A DNA stretch of 55,764 nucleotides from a virus (taxonomy: Duplodnaviria; Caudoviricetes): positions 1 through 55,764 of the IMG/VR virus record IMGVR_UViG_3300020201_000022; one strand, written 5' to 3'. Shown piece after piece: positions 10,193 through 21,200 of this stretch. A program made the position numbers and the translations under genes. The notes beneath the pieces were generated by a model. The model saw only the letters and a list, made by a program, of their open reading frames with translations. It ran no database searches and had not been told where the DNA came from. Numbering within the stretch: the stretch's first letter is position 1; each line of letters starts with the position of its first letter.

Positions 10193-10217
10193 AACTATCC
10201 GGTTCTGCCGGATAGTT
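10193..10217. other. Perfect 10-bp hairpin between decoration and capsid genes
   Basis: aactatccgg-ttctg-ccggatagtt. Confidence 0.6.
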
Positions 10218-10265
10218 CGCACCCAACGGATTCACTCACTAAGTTTTTTGCAGGACTCACCAAAC

Positions 10266-11399
10266 ATGCCAGCACTACAAAGCCTCCTTTCGCCACAAGT
10301 GTTGACGAAAGTGATCAGCCAAAAAGCTAAGACGAGCGATTGGTTGCTCAACCTTATGGGCCTGGCACCAGGCGGAAAGAACGAATGTTTCGAGGGTCAC
10401 GGACGCATGGGAGCGTTCCACATCTTCGACCACACGCGTAAGGTCGCTCTCGGGCGTGCGCCAGGAACCGCAGCCGGTCGCTCCGCAGCTAACCCTATGG
10501 GCCAAGTGCTGTTCACCTACCCGCGCATGCACGATAGCCTTTCGTTGCCTGCCGAAATCCTGCACAACCTCGGCAAGATCAGCGACCCAGCCGTTCGTGA
10601 TAAAGCTGGTGCCGACATGATCGCTCGTCAGACCGATTATTGCGGGGAAAAGGCCGCGAACTGGCGCAAGGCTATGCTGATCGGTATGCTTCGCGATGCG
10701 CTGTACTACACAGTGGACGGCGATGATGTGAAGTTCAACTACACCAGCGGCAACCGAATTAACTTTCAGATGCCAGCCGGAAACAAGTCGCAGCTCAACA
10801 TGCTCGGCGAAGGCAACATCATCGGCACATCTTGGGCCAACCTCGACGCTGATATTCCCGACAACCTCGGCAAGATCAACCGCGCTTTCCAAATCCTATG
10901 CGGTGGCTTCTTGGCTGGTGCGATTATCCCGCACGCGATTTTCAATTTAATGCGCCGCAACAACGTGATCCAAGAGGAGCACGGTTCAAGCGTTTCACCA
11001 TATCTGCGATATGAAAAGCTGGAATTTGAATCAAGCCCTGGTAAAAGCATGTTAAACGTGCTGGTGTGTGAGTTCCGGTCGTTCCCTGGTTGTACTTTCT
11101 TCGTTACCGACGAAGTTATCGACCTGGGTTACGATTCAACCGAATCACTTCAGCCGATGGTGCCTGTTAATACTGGCATCTTCTTCGGTTTCACACCTGG
11201 CGACAACGTTGTGCAATGCTACCAAGGCTCGGAACCGATCAGCGAATACGACGGCGCGCCGGAAAGCGAAAAGGTCGGATTCTCGGCCTGGTCGGTCAAA
11301 CGCTCCAACCCAACCGCAACCGAGCTTTACACGCTCGACAATGCGCTGATCGTTAATCACATCCCCAAAGCAATTGCGAACCCAACGCTAGTTTTCTAA
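10266..11399 (+). CDS. Major capsid protein (lambda gpE-like; likely start ATG 10266)
   Basis: Size and position; INFQMPAGNK...W.N.DADI pattern; followed by a strong terminator. Confidence 0.8.
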   Translation: MPALQSLLSPQVLTKVISQKAKTSDWLLNLMGLAPGGKNECFEGHGRMGAFHIFDHTRKVALGRAPGTAAGRSAANPMGQVLFTYPRMHDSLSLPAEILHNLGKISDPAVRDKAGADMIARQTDYCGEKAANWRKAMLIGMLRDALYYTVDGDDVKFNYTSGNRINFQMPAGNKSQLNMLGEGNIIGTSWANLDADIPDNLGKINRAFQILCGGFLAGAIIPHAIFNLMRRNNVIQEEHGSSVSPYLRYEKLEFESSPGKSMLNVLVCEFRSFPGCTFFVTDEVIDLGYDSTESLQPMVPVNTGIFFGFTPGDNVVQCYQGSEPISEYDGAPESEKVGFSAWSVKRSNPTATELYTLDNALIVNHIPKAIANPTLVF

Positions 11400-11434
11400 G
11401 ACTGTCCCAGCGCGGTTTGCGCAGGAACGCCCGG

Positions 11435-11470
11435 AAGCCTCCGCGATTGCCCTGTCGCGGAGGCTTTTTT
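11435..11470 (+). terminator. Rho-independent terminator after MCP
   Basis: aagcctccgcga/tcgcggaggctt stem followed by a T run. Confidence 0.85.
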
Positions 11471-11490
11471 CATGAACTAGGACGCTCGCT

Positions 11491-12024
11491 ATGCCAGTCA
11501 AGCCAAACCCGATCGGAACTGACGAGGATCTTGAAGGTTACTTCAGTTCCTACGGTATCGAATCGTGGGCTGACCATGACAGAGTTGGTGACCCGAGTGC
11601 GACGTTGGTACTTGATCAGTGCAAGATTTACGCGGGTTCGTTAATCGCGAGCAAGCTGGCTAGGCGCTACGAATACAGCTCCTTGATCACTTGCCCGATG
11701 ATGATCGAAGTGTGGTGTGTAATCGTGCTGCGAACGCTGACGTTCCGGCGCGGAAACCCACCTCCGGCTAGTCTCGAGTTTCGTTATCAGGAGTTGCTGC
11801 AACGCGATGGCTTACTCGATCAAATCGCCGATGGAACGCTGATGCTGACCGATGAAGACGGCAACCCGTTTCGACCGAAGAACGCAAACTCGCCAGGCTG
11901 GGCGAACCTCCATATTGACCGATTGTATCCCGAGAGCAAAGTGCGCGTGATCACTGGAAACTCGGATATGACACCAAGCAGACTGAGACGTAAAACCGAC
12001 CGATTCCCAGAGACTTTCGGATGA
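11491..12024 (+). CDS. Head-tail adaptor, Mu gp36-like
   Basis: A.S.I...L..RY...Y......L..IADG.L.L pattern after MCP. Confidence 0.65.
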   Translation: MPVKPNPIGTDEDLEGYFSSYGIESWADHDRVGDPSATLVLDQCKIYAGSLIASKLARRYEYSSLITCPMMIEVWCVIVLRTLTFRRGNPPPASLEFRYQELLQRDGLLDQIADGTLMLTDEDGNPFRPKNANSPGWANLHIDRLYPESKVRVITGNSDMTPSRLRRKTDRFPETFG

Positions 12025-12836
12025 GCATAGTGACTTTCAACGGAGCCCGACCAGAAGCCTCGCGCATCATTCGCGCGTTGATCGCTTCGTTGACCGGTCA
12101 CGCTCGCACCGAAGCGGCTCGCAGCGTATTCATCGTAATGGGAATCGCAACGCTGACGGAGATTCATCAGGACTTTATCGTAAAGGCTCGCGGAGGTGCC
12201 GGCGCAGACGGAACAGTATGGCCGCGGCTATCCCCGAAAACGCTGGCGTACGGTCGCAGGTTTGGGCCTGGTGAGCAATCAGCGTTGAAAAAAGCCGCAG
12301 GACTCGGACGCGGCAACCAGTTTGCGCCCGGTGGTAAATCGGGCCTTCTGACGGCATCGCAGCTAAAGCAGTGGCGGGCGTTCTACGCAATGCTAATGAC
12401 AAAATACGCTGCGACCATGCCATTGTCCGCAGCTAAAGCCAAAGCAGCAGCTCAAGCTTGGGTAGCGATGAAGAAACGCGGAGCCAAGACGAAGCTCGAA
12501 GTCTACGGAAATCGAGAACACGAAGTATTGCGTGATACCGGCGTGCTTGCGAACAGCCTGTCCGTTGGAATCTTGAGCGGAGACGCATACCAAAAACCGA
12601 TGGTCGACGGCGGTGAAGAACAGATTTTCTCACTGATCGAGAACGGCGTGATTGTCGGTACGAACGTGAAATACGCCCGATCTCACCACGAAGGTCTTCG
12701 CGGAATCCCAAAGCGGCCAATCATGCCCGACGAAGATCGTATACCGCAAGTTTGGCTAGATCGAATCCTTGATGCTGGAATGCGAGCTCTCGCGAGTTCG
12801 ATCGAGCTGTCGATGTCTAGGGGGAGTGTCGCCTAA
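12021..12836 (+). CDS. Phage virion morphogenesis protein (Mu gpG / P2 gpS-like)
   Basis: DG..W..LSPKT, LRDTG.L..S, VGTNVKYA..H..G...IPKRP. Confidence 0.85.
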   Translation: MSIVTFNGARPEASRIIRALIASLTGHARTEAARSVFIVMGIATLTEIHQDFIVKARGGAGADGTVWPRLSPKTLAYGRRFGPGEQSALKKAAGLGRGNQFAPGGKSGLLTASQLKQWRAFYAMLMTKYAATMPLSAAKAKAAAQAWVAMKKRGAKTKLEVYGNREHEVLRDTGVLANSLSVGILSGDAYQKPMVDGGEEQIFSLIENGVIVGTNVKYARSHHEGLRGIPKRPIMPDEDRIPQVWLDRILDAGMRALASSIELSMSRGSVA

Positions 12837-13399
12837 TGTTCATCGCTGAAGCCTGCCTACTCCAAGCCGTCCGCGACAAGCTCGTTACTGACCTGACGCT
12901 GGACGAACATCAGTGCCAAGTGGAGCTCGATGGCATGATGCCCGATTATGCGGGCAAGTTGTTCATTGCCGTTAGCCCTGGTGGTGTGCAAATTGGGCCG
13001 AGGCATAAGTCTAGCGGTGGCGCAATCGACTTAGTGATCGGCGTAAAGGTGACTGTTTACAACCGCGTTACCGAGATCGCTCGCGACAAACGACGCAGCA
13101 CGTTCATTCAATTACTAACAGGGCTCGCACCAACTCTTGAGAGCGTTGTGCGGGCGCTCGACAATAACTATACGTTGACGACTTCTGCCCTAGCGCTGCA
13201 AGCCGCTTCGGCGGTGAACGCTGGCGGGCTGTACCCCGAACCACTTCGGCAGTTCAGCCCCGAACTATCAGCACGCATGGTAATGCGAGACCCGTACGAC
13301 GCTGCGCAGATGAGTGGTATGCCAGCGGATCCAATCGTAGCAGTGGCAAGGTCGATCAATTTCAGTGGAGCACGTTACATGCAAGTGAGGGCATCATGA
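12836..13399 (+). CDS. Putative tail terminator/completion protein
   Basis: Position; translationally coupled. Confidence 0.45.
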   Translation: MFIAEACLLQAVRDKLVTDLTLDEHQCQVELDGMMPDYAGKLFIAVSPGGVQIGPRHKSSGGAIDLVIGVKVTVYNRVTEIARDKRRSTFIQLLTGLAPTLESVVRALDNNYTLTTSALALQAASAVNAGGLYPEPLRQFSPELSARMVMRDPYDAAQMSGMPADPIVAVARSINFSGARYMQVRAS

Positions 13400-13812
13400 G
13401 CGCTGTGATCATGCCTAACGACCGTTCGACGAAGCATCCCGCGGTAGGGTTCTGTCGAAACCCGCTATGCCAAGTGCAAGGTCAGCGCGAAGAACTATTC
13501 ACGTTTCCGATTACTCACGCTCACGTAAGTTGCCCAAAGTGCGGCGCGTGCATTGAACCGATGGTCGGTGTGTACGTGCTCACGCATTTGCTATTGCCAA
13601 TGCGCGGCGGTCCGATTCGCGGAGCCGGTGGCCTCTGCTACGTTTTCGCTTGCGACGATCAACGCGCCTACCTCGCTACAATGACGAACCTGGAAGCGGC
13701 AAGCGGTGACGTAAATGTGATCAACTGCCCAATCTGCAAAGCCAATGCGGCCAAGCTGGGAATTAAACTTGCGGACGGTTGGAAGCCCGACCCAGAATTA
13801 CTAGGAGTCTAA
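13396..13812 (+). CDS. Cys-rich Zn-binding-like protein
   Basis: CRNPLC, CPKC, CPIC motifs. Confidence 0.55.
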   Translation: MSAVIMPNDRSTKHPAVGFCRNPLCQVQGQREELFTFPITHAHVSCPKCGACIEPMVGVYVLTHLLLPMRGGPIRGAGGLCYVFACDDQRAYLATMTNLEAASGDVNVINCPICKANAAKLGIKLADGWKPDPELLGV

Positions 13813-13813
13813 T

Positions 13814-14329
13814 ATGTCGTTTATTGCCGGTGGATATAACATCACGTACAACGCGAAAGCTCTCGGTCAAACAGCCGAAGGGATTCGGATGACGTACGAG
13901 ATTTTCAAGAAAATCATTACAGGGCACTTGGGCGGGCAGACACCGCAAGATGCTGTTTACCAAGGCCAGAACCGAACCAGCTCGTTTCGATTGCTCGAAG
14001 CAAACGCGGCGGGCGTGGCAGACCTACTCTATGCGTACACGTCGACCATCGGCAACGAATGGCAACTCGGCATTATCGGCTTACTCGATGTCCGTGGGCA
14101 GGGAAGCGTATCGCCAGTAACGAGGTGTAAAGCGGTCGTTCTCACAGCGATCACTGGCACGAGTGCATCGAATGATGCAGCCGCAACCATTACACTGCCG
14201 CTATCGATTTTGCATGATCGATTCCCGGTCGACGTGCTACTTGCGCCGGACCTGAAGGAAGTTCCAATCCGACTCCAACACTACGTTAATATGAGCGAAG
14301 GAACCCCGACATTTGGTTCATCTACGTAA
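13814..14329 (+). CDS. Putative tail tube protein
   Basis: 171 aa, LGQTAEGI motif, GGAG RBS, precedes chaperone and TMP. Confidence 0.6.
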   Translation: MSFIAGGYNITYNAKALGQTAEGIRMTYEIFKKIITGHLGGQTPQDAVYQGQNRTSSFRLLEANAAGVADLLYAYTSTIGNEWQLGIIGLLDVRGQGSVSPVTRCKAVVLTAITGTSASNDAAATITLPLSILHDRFPVDVLLAPDLKEVPIRLQHYVNMSEGTPTFGSST

Positions 14330-14684
14330 TTGGTTTCGCAGGAAACCGGAAGAGAAACCGGAAGAGAAACCGGTTGCAAAGCAAGTGTTGTCGATCACAA
14401 CCGATCGTCCTACGCTGGAACTGACCCTGCCTGACGGGACTACCACCAGATGGCAGTATGACGTTGTTGTTCTGAAGCTAAAAATGCAGATGATTCAAGA
14501 CGCTTCGGGACGATCGATTCCAGACCAAGCGGATCTTCAGAAGTTTTGCGACTGCCTGATTTTGCTCGGAATGCCCGATTGCAATGTAGACGTTGCGTTG
14601 CGTATATGGTCATTAGTATTGGTTCAGTTTCAGCAAGTTGCGCTCTCGATTGCAAGGCAAGTTGAACAGTGTCGGTCGAGCTAA
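14313..14684 (+). CDS. Putative tail assembly chaperone
   Basis: Position between tube and TMP. Confidence 0.4.
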   Translation: MVHLRNWFRRKPEEKPEEKPVAKQVLSITTDRPTLELTLPDGTTTRWQYDVVVLKLKMQMIQDASGRSIPDQADLQKFCDCLILLGMPDCNVDVALRIWSLVLVQFQQVALSIARQVEQCRSS

Positions 14685-16099
14685 AAGTAACCCTAGTCGG
14701 CGAAGATCCTCAACAGCAGGCCGCGTTCACCAATCCGCAGCCTGCCCCGGCTAGCGGTGCGCAATCGCAGCCCGCTCAGCCGTCGACTAGCAGCACTTCG
14801 CAACCTGCCAGTCCTTTACCAAGTGCGACGAGCACAACCCCGCCAAGTGCAACGTCACCGCTCCAATCGCCTACAGAGCCAGCTACCACGGAACGCCAAA
14901 CGGTTCCTCCTGAATCCCTAGTTGTTGCTGAATTGGTAGGCGACAATACAGCCAAAGCGGACGCGCCGCCCGCCAGCGCACAGCCTACTGAAGCCAGTTC
15001 GCCCGCGTTATTCCCTGATTCGATCGAAGAACTAATCGATGCGATCGACGATCTTGTATCGGCCACTAAGGACGAGTCTAACAGTCGACGCGATGTTCTC
15101 GATGAACAAGGTCGATCAGCGAGACACGGAAGCCGTAAGGCTTTTGCAACTGCTCTGGACGAGGTTCTTCCCAATGAGGAGAAAGCCAAAAAGACCAAAG
15201 AGCAAACCGATGCGCCCGCAAAGTCGCTGTTCGACAATCTATCGGGCTTAATCGATCAGAAGATTGACGACTTTGGATTGAAGGGAAGTCGCGCCGGCAA
15301 TCTCGTTTCAAATCTAAGTCACACCGGAGCAGGACTTGCCAACCGCGCAACGCAGTTTGCTTCGGGACTGTTCGGCGCAGGTCAAGCGGCATCAGGTGCC
15401 GCAGCCGGTGCGGGAGCCAGCGCAGGGGCCGCAACTGGAGTTGCCGCAAGTGGTGCTGGAACTGCTGCCGCTGGCGCAGGGGCCGCGGCTGCAACCGGAG
15501 CAATGGCCGCAGCCGGTCCGCTTGTCGCCGTAGCGCTCGCAGCCGGAGCCGCAGCGCTCAGCGTCAAGAAGTTCATGGAGACAATGGACGCGGTTGCAAA
15601 AAACCTCGAAGACCTATCGCCAGCGATTGCATCTGTTCAAGCTCAATTCTCCGCGAACCAAGAGCTAATGCGGCTAGACCGTGCTAAGCGAATTGGCGAT
15701 GAAGTGGCTTCGCTGCAAGCCTCGCAGAACCGCTTGTCCGAATCGATGTACGAAATTCAAACGAAAATCTACGAGTTGCTACTAAAGACAGCTCCGCTAA
15801 TCGAAGTTGGAATCAATAGTTTGACTGTGATTATGAATACGCTGGACGTGCTCATTGCAACGGTCAATCGCATCTACGCCTCCATCACGTTGGACCCGAC
15901 CGACAATCAGCCAGCCGCAAAAGCACTAACTAAATCAATGGCAGATTTAGCCGATGCCATGCTCCTAATGTCGGGTCAAGATACTAACCCCAAGAATGAA
16001 CAGATTGACCCATTCCTTGCCGAATTGCTCGCAGCCGACAATAAGCTCAAGCCGCCTATTCCGCCTCGCAGGGGCAAAGGGTTGGGGGGACTTCCGTAA
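14669..16099 (+). CDS. Short tape-measure-like protein
   Basis: Pro/Ser-rich N-terminus, Ala/Gly hydrophobic middle, helical C-terminus. Confidence 0.65.
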   Translation: MSVELKVTLVGEDPQQQAAFTNPQPAPASGAQSQPAQPSTSSTSQPASPLPSATSTTPPSATSPLQSPTEPATTERQTVPPESLVVAELVGDNTAKADAPPASAQPTEASSPALFPDSIEELIDAIDDLVSATKDESNSRRDVLDEQGRSARHGSRKAFATALDEVLPNEEKAKKTKEQTDAPAKSLFDNLSGLIDQKIDDFGLKGSRAGNLVSNLSHTGAGLANRATQFASGLFGAGQAASGAAAGAGASAGAATGVAASGAGTAAAGAGAAAATGAMAAAGPLVAVALAAGAAALSVKKFMETMDAVAKNLEDLSPAIASVQAQFSANQELMRLDRAKRIGDEVASLQASQNRLSESMYEIQTKIYELLLKTAPLIEVGINSLTVIMNTLDVLIATVNRIYASITLDPTDNQPAAKALTKSMADLADAMLLMSGQDTNPKNEQIDPFLAELLAADNKLKPPIPPRRGKGLGGLP

Positions 16100-17775
16100 T
16101 GGCAACACGCCAAATACTTGAATACAACGGCTACGTCTTTAACGAGTACACCGAAATCAGCGTTAGCGCGAGCATGGTTCAGGACGACGCGCAGACTACG
16201 GTACTCTACAACCGTTATCGGATTCGAGCCGAAACAACCATCTATGCGGATGCTGGCGACTCACCTGGGCAAGCGGGTACGCACTTCGCGAGAATCCGCG
16301 ATCGACTCAGCAAGCAAGGCAAGTATCTTGTTATCTCGCATCTTGGATTTAACGGCACACCTTTCGATGTCAACTTCACTGGTTCGGGCCGGCGCGACGT
16401 TACGCTAGGCCCACATCCTCGCATGATTTCCTGGGATGCTATCGGTCACGACAACGCGGTTCACGTAGTCTGGGAATGCGAAGTTTGCGTTTCGGAATGC
16501 GAACGCTACACCGGTGTAATGTCCGTCAATCATCGATTCTCGGCTCGCATTGATCCATCTGGCTACACGACGATCACCCACAGCGGATACCTCGAAGTTG
16601 CAGCGACCGTGGACGGCGACAACATTCTTGCAGCAGCCGATAACTTCCGGCAATTTGTTTTCAGCTTGCCAGCTCTCGAAGACTACCAGCGCGAAACGAG
16701 CTGGAACACCAGCCCCGACAATCGCAGGCTGGAGTTCACAATTGTCGAGAGTCAGATTCGTTCACCCAACGCATTCGCGACCGGCGTTGTCAACATCACT
16801 GGCAATCATGGCGTTGCTTGGCAACGTAATTCAGCCGCAAAGCTGACCCAGACGATCCGCGCAACAATCGAGTTGAGGCATGGAGTTGCGCGGTCCTACG
16901 CATGGGAGGTCTTCAAGGCGATCGTCACAAGCCGCGTAGCGTTCACCACAGCCAGCGGCGTCACGCTGTTTTTTGATCAACTCTATATCGATGAATCGCT
17001 GTTCGCGAACACGTTTAGTTTTTCGATCAACTACAGAACGATCATGGCTAAGCCTGACGATTCGATTCTAACAGCGCTGGCGGGTGCGTTTAGTGCATCG
17101 GGCTTTGCTGCCCCGATTAACCTTGGGACATGGGCCAACTGGAAAAGTAACATGTTGCAAGTTACAGGCAACCGCGGTATTTCGGACATTCGACTACGAC
17201 CCAACGGCGCACAGATTCACAACCTCTGCTCAGATAATTTTGTTAGCCCAACGAAACAAGTTACACCAACAGCACGCCCACCCATGCCTACGGCCGGCAC
17301 GAAGCTCTACAACGACAAGCCACCCGCTCGAGAAAGCTACCTCAAATACGATTCGTGGATCGAACTAGACGAAGAGGTTCCAACGACAACGCAAGTCACA
17401 GTGGATCCAGACGACTTGGAGCTAAAGACGTTTAATCCAAGCGACGAAAACGCAACGCTAGAGCCAGCAGGTTCGACAACCGGCGGCGGAACAGCCGTAA
17501 ACGTGACTCGTTACGTCGAAAGCCAAGCCGGTCGCGTGGAGATAGTTTGGCGTGGCTATGCCGAGCGTATCGGTTACCCGATTCCTCGCCCCGATAAACT
17601 GAAGGTCGGCGACGTGACGCTCTATCGAGTTGGACGAGCTCAATTCCGTCAGAAGTTCATCGGAAATGTACTGGGTCAACCGGTCTACGCAGCGGCGTGG
17701 AATCAACGCTATGCGGTTTCAATGCGACCGAAAAAGATGAACGATAACGACATGAACATCTGGCAGGGATTGTAA
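16099..17775 (+). CDS. Tail protein (post-TMP)
   Basis: 558-aa beta-rich ORF coupled to TMP. Confidence 0.55.
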   Translation: MATRQILEYNGYVFNEYTEISVSASMVQDDAQTTVLYNRYRIRAETTIYADAGDSPGQAGTHFARIRDRLSKQGKYLVISHLGFNGTPFDVNFTGSGRRDVTLGPHPRMISWDAIGHDNAVHVVWECEVCVSECERYTGVMSVNHRFSARIDPSGYTTITHSGYLEVAATVDGDNILAAADNFRQFVFSLPALEDYQRETSWNTSPDNRRLEFTIVESQIRSPNAFATGVVNITGNHGVAWQRNSAAKLTQTIRATIELRHGVARSYAWEVFKAIVTSRVAFTTASGVTLFFDQLYIDESLFANTFSFSINYRTIMAKPDDSILTALAGAFSASGFAAPINLGTWANWKSNMLQVTGNRGISDIRLRPNGAQIHNLCSDNFVSPTKQVTPTARPPMPTAGTKLYNDKPPARESYLKYDSWIELDEEVPTTTQVTVDPDDLELKTFNPSDENATLEPAGSTTGGGTAVNVTRYVESQAGRVEIVWRGYAERIGYPIPRPDKLKVGDVTLYRVGRAQFRQKFIGNVLGQPVYAAAWNQRYAVSMRPKKMNDNDMNIWQGL

Positions 17776-18269
17776 TGCGATTTCAAATCGACGGGAAAGA
17801 TTTTGAGTTGAGCATTTTCGACGCGCAAGCGGCGATGGAACGCTGCGAACAAATGGCGGGTATGTCAGCAACGTCGACCGCGCCGACCGTCGAACTATTA
17901 CATTCCGTAACCGCTTGGGCTCAGTCGCGTTTTAGTGTTCAATTGTCCGGAACAGCCGCTTGGCAGTTGTGGTGGTCAATCTGCGAACTAATGGACAGAA
18001 CGCGGAAAGCCTACCAGCGAATTGCCGATGTAGGAGCCTGGTTGCACGTTGACGGGACGCGCCTAGGTGAACTGGAAATGTATGGGCTGTACGCGAACTT
18101 ACCGCGAGTCAAGGCGCAGGCTACGCTGCAAGCAGGGAAGTTTGATCCAGCGGCGTACGACGCGATCTATCAGTTAGTGCTGGTGGCAACGGGAGACGAG
18201 AAGCAGGCGCGCGAAGCTCGAGCGCAGGCGTTGGAGCGTTTTGTCGATTCTCGTTGTGGAGGTAATTAG
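17775..18269 (+). CDS. Hypothetical structural-module protein
   Basis: Coupled 164-aa ORF. Confidence 0.55.
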   Translation: MRFQIDGKDFELSIFDAQAAMERCEQMAGMSATSTAPTVELLHSVTAWAQSRFSVQLSGTAAWQLWWSICELMDRTRKAYQRIADVGAWLHVDGTRLGELEMYGLYANLPRVKAQATLQAGKFDPAAYDAIYQLVLVATGDEKQAREARAQALERFVDSRCGGN

Positions 18270-18270
18270 C

Positions 18271-21200
18271 GTGGTAAAAAACAATCGCAACCGAATCAAG
18301 AGCAAGCCAGCCGCGCAAACGCAAACGCAAAAGCTGAACGGCCAGAATAGGACGATCACGACGACACCCGGGGGCAAGCAGGCCGACACGTCGCGTTATC
18401 CTTCGTCGGGCCTCTACAAGCCGATTCCGCACATTTGGTTTCAACATCCGGTCGATCTTCCTCCGTTCACTTTCGCGACCGTCCGCGCTATGTTAATGGA
18501 CGAAGGAATACGGCTCAACTTCGAAACCCGCGCCGCTCCTATCTACGGTTTAACATTCGGCTGGGAAGAAAACGGAGTTTGGCAGGAAGGTATTAAGTGC
18601 CGAGATCCTGGCGTTGCTCAATTCATCTTCCGGCAGCTCCAACGTATTTGGAAAACGTTTCTGCCTGAAATCCTCCGCTCTCAGATTTGGGGCTGGTCGG
18701 CTGGCGAAGTAACGCTGAAGCTGTCTGAAGAAACCGGACTGATCGAAATCAACGAAATGCTCTCCCGTCACCCGATGGATTGCAAGTTGCTGAAGCGTGG
18801 TTGCGAGCGCTACGGCGTGCGTATCGAGCGAGTGGAAGGCGGCAACGTTGATCTACCGTTCCCCTATTCGTGGTTTCACTCCTACGGCTCCGAAGACGGC
18901 GAAGACTATGGAACTAGCGCAGCCTATGGCGCTTATAGTTCCTGGGCCGACAAATGGTTCGAGGGCGGTGCTCGCGAAGTGCGTCGGCTGTTCATGCACA
19001 AAGATGCCTACGGCGGTGTGGATCTAACCTACCCTGACGGCGAAACGTACATCACAGGGTTCGACACCCCGATTCCTAACAAAGACATTGCTCGTCAAAT
19101 CGTCGAAAACATCCGCGCCGGGGGAGTAACCGTTCGACCGTCCGACCGAGATGAAAACGGCAACGAAAAGTGGACGCTGTCACGCGCAACAGTCGCTAGT
19201 AACCCGTCGCACATCCTTCAGTACCCCAAGGATCTTGACGAAGAGATTCGGCACGGTATGGGCATTTGTGATGACGTGATCAATAGCGACTCTACGGGTG
19301 CCTGGGCGGGCAAAAAGATTCCGATGCAGTCGTTCTACTCGACGCTCGATTCGTGGGTGGTGAAGTTGCTCAAGGAGTTGTGCGTTCAACTGATCGATCC
19401 ATTGTTGGTCCTTAATTTTGGCCGCAAGGTCGAATACGAAACGGCGTTCAAGCCGCTCGCCAAGCAAGCAATGGAACAGCAAGGGCAAGGCGATGGCGGC
19501 GACCCGAACGGAGTTCCGCAAGACATGCAAGGGAATGAGCAGCCTGGTCAAACGGGAATCCCTGGCGGCAACGATGAACCGCAGCCACAGCCACAGGCTG
19601 ACGCAAACGCAAAGCCGGTCGGTATGAGCTTGGCCGATCAAGTCGGTTCCGGTGCGATCGATGTTCGCGACCTAGTTTCTCGAGCGAAAGAACTGTCATT
19701 GCTCCGCTTATCGAGCGCAACAGGCGATCAAACGGATAATGAGTTCGATTACTCACCGGAGCGGATTGAAGCGTTAGCGGACATTCTCGCAAGCATCTAC
19801 GGAGACAAAGCGGAGGAAGTGCTTGACGCGATTCTTCCAGAAGACAAGCCAATGAAGCTGGCGCTTTGGAACCCTAGTGATCACCCTCGCGGCAAGAATG
19901 GTCAATTCGTTGCCAAGGGGACTGAAGAGGCATATTCGCTGGCAAAGGAAAAGGTCGACTCTGCACACCGCAGCCGGTCCCCTGATTCGATGTCTGAGCT
20001 GATGTCGCACTTGAACACGTTGACAACCAAGCAACTGCACAGTCTGAAGAAAGACTACGGCACCAAGGCAAGCGCCAAGACGAAATCGGCCTTGATTGCG
20101 AAGCTGACCGAACGATTGACGAGTGGTAAACACCGCACCGCCGAACGCGAAGACGGCACGCCCGTTGCGCCAGTCCGTGAAAACGTCTACACAGTACCAA
20201 CTGGAACGCTAAACGTTGACCCCGCCCGATTCCAGTACAAAGTGAAGGGCATCGGCGAAAAGGGAGTGGGCGAAGAACTGAAGGGAACCAGCAAATGGGT
20301 TCCCGAGTTGGGTGGAGTGCTGCTAGTTTGGAGAGATCCAGAAAACGGCAAGGACTTCGTGATTAACGGACACCACCGGCACGAATTAGCGACTAGGGCT
20401 GGAACAGAGCAACTTAACGCCCGCTACATCGACGCTCCAACAGCGAAGCATGCGCGAGCAATCGGAGCACTCGCGAACATTGCTCAGGGTCATGGGACTG
20501 CAATCGACGCAGCCAAGTATCTTCGAGACTCTGGGAAGGATGTCGAGCATCTAAAGCGATCCGGTATATCAATGTCCGGTCGCGTAGCTAGCGATGCTGC
20601 AAGTTTGGTAGACCTGTCGGATAAATCGTTCGCAGCGGTCGCGCAAGGCAAAATGGAAGAAGACAAAGCAGTGGCGGTCGCTAAGCATCTGAAGGATCAC
20701 ACGCTACAAGACAAGTTGTTCAAGAAGATTTGGCAACTCGAAGACGATGGCAAGGATTGGAGCATTCGCGAAGTCGAAGCCGCATCGAAGAAGATGAGCC
20801 GCGCAGGGATATTCAAAGACACCGGAACGGACCTGTTTGGCGATTGGGAATCGGAAGAGTCAACGTTTGATCAGGAGGTGGAGCTTGAATCGTTTATTAA
20901 CAGGGCGTTCGCAACTGAGGCTAATGACTTTGCTGCCGTCAGTTCAACTCGTCGCGCAGAACGCGTCAGCGAAACCGGCAACGTGCTCAACGTCGACGCC
21001 AATCTACAAAAACGAGATTCCGCTAGGGCGTCACTATCAGACTTCGACCGAGAAGTTGGCCTCAAGGGGCCAGTCGCAGAAGCGATCAAAGCGCAGGCGG
21101 CGAGGTTAGCCAAAGCGACCAAGAAAGCCGACCGCGAATCGATCAAGAAAACAACTCTCGATGAAGTCCGCAAAGTGCTCTCTGCCATGCAATCGCCTGA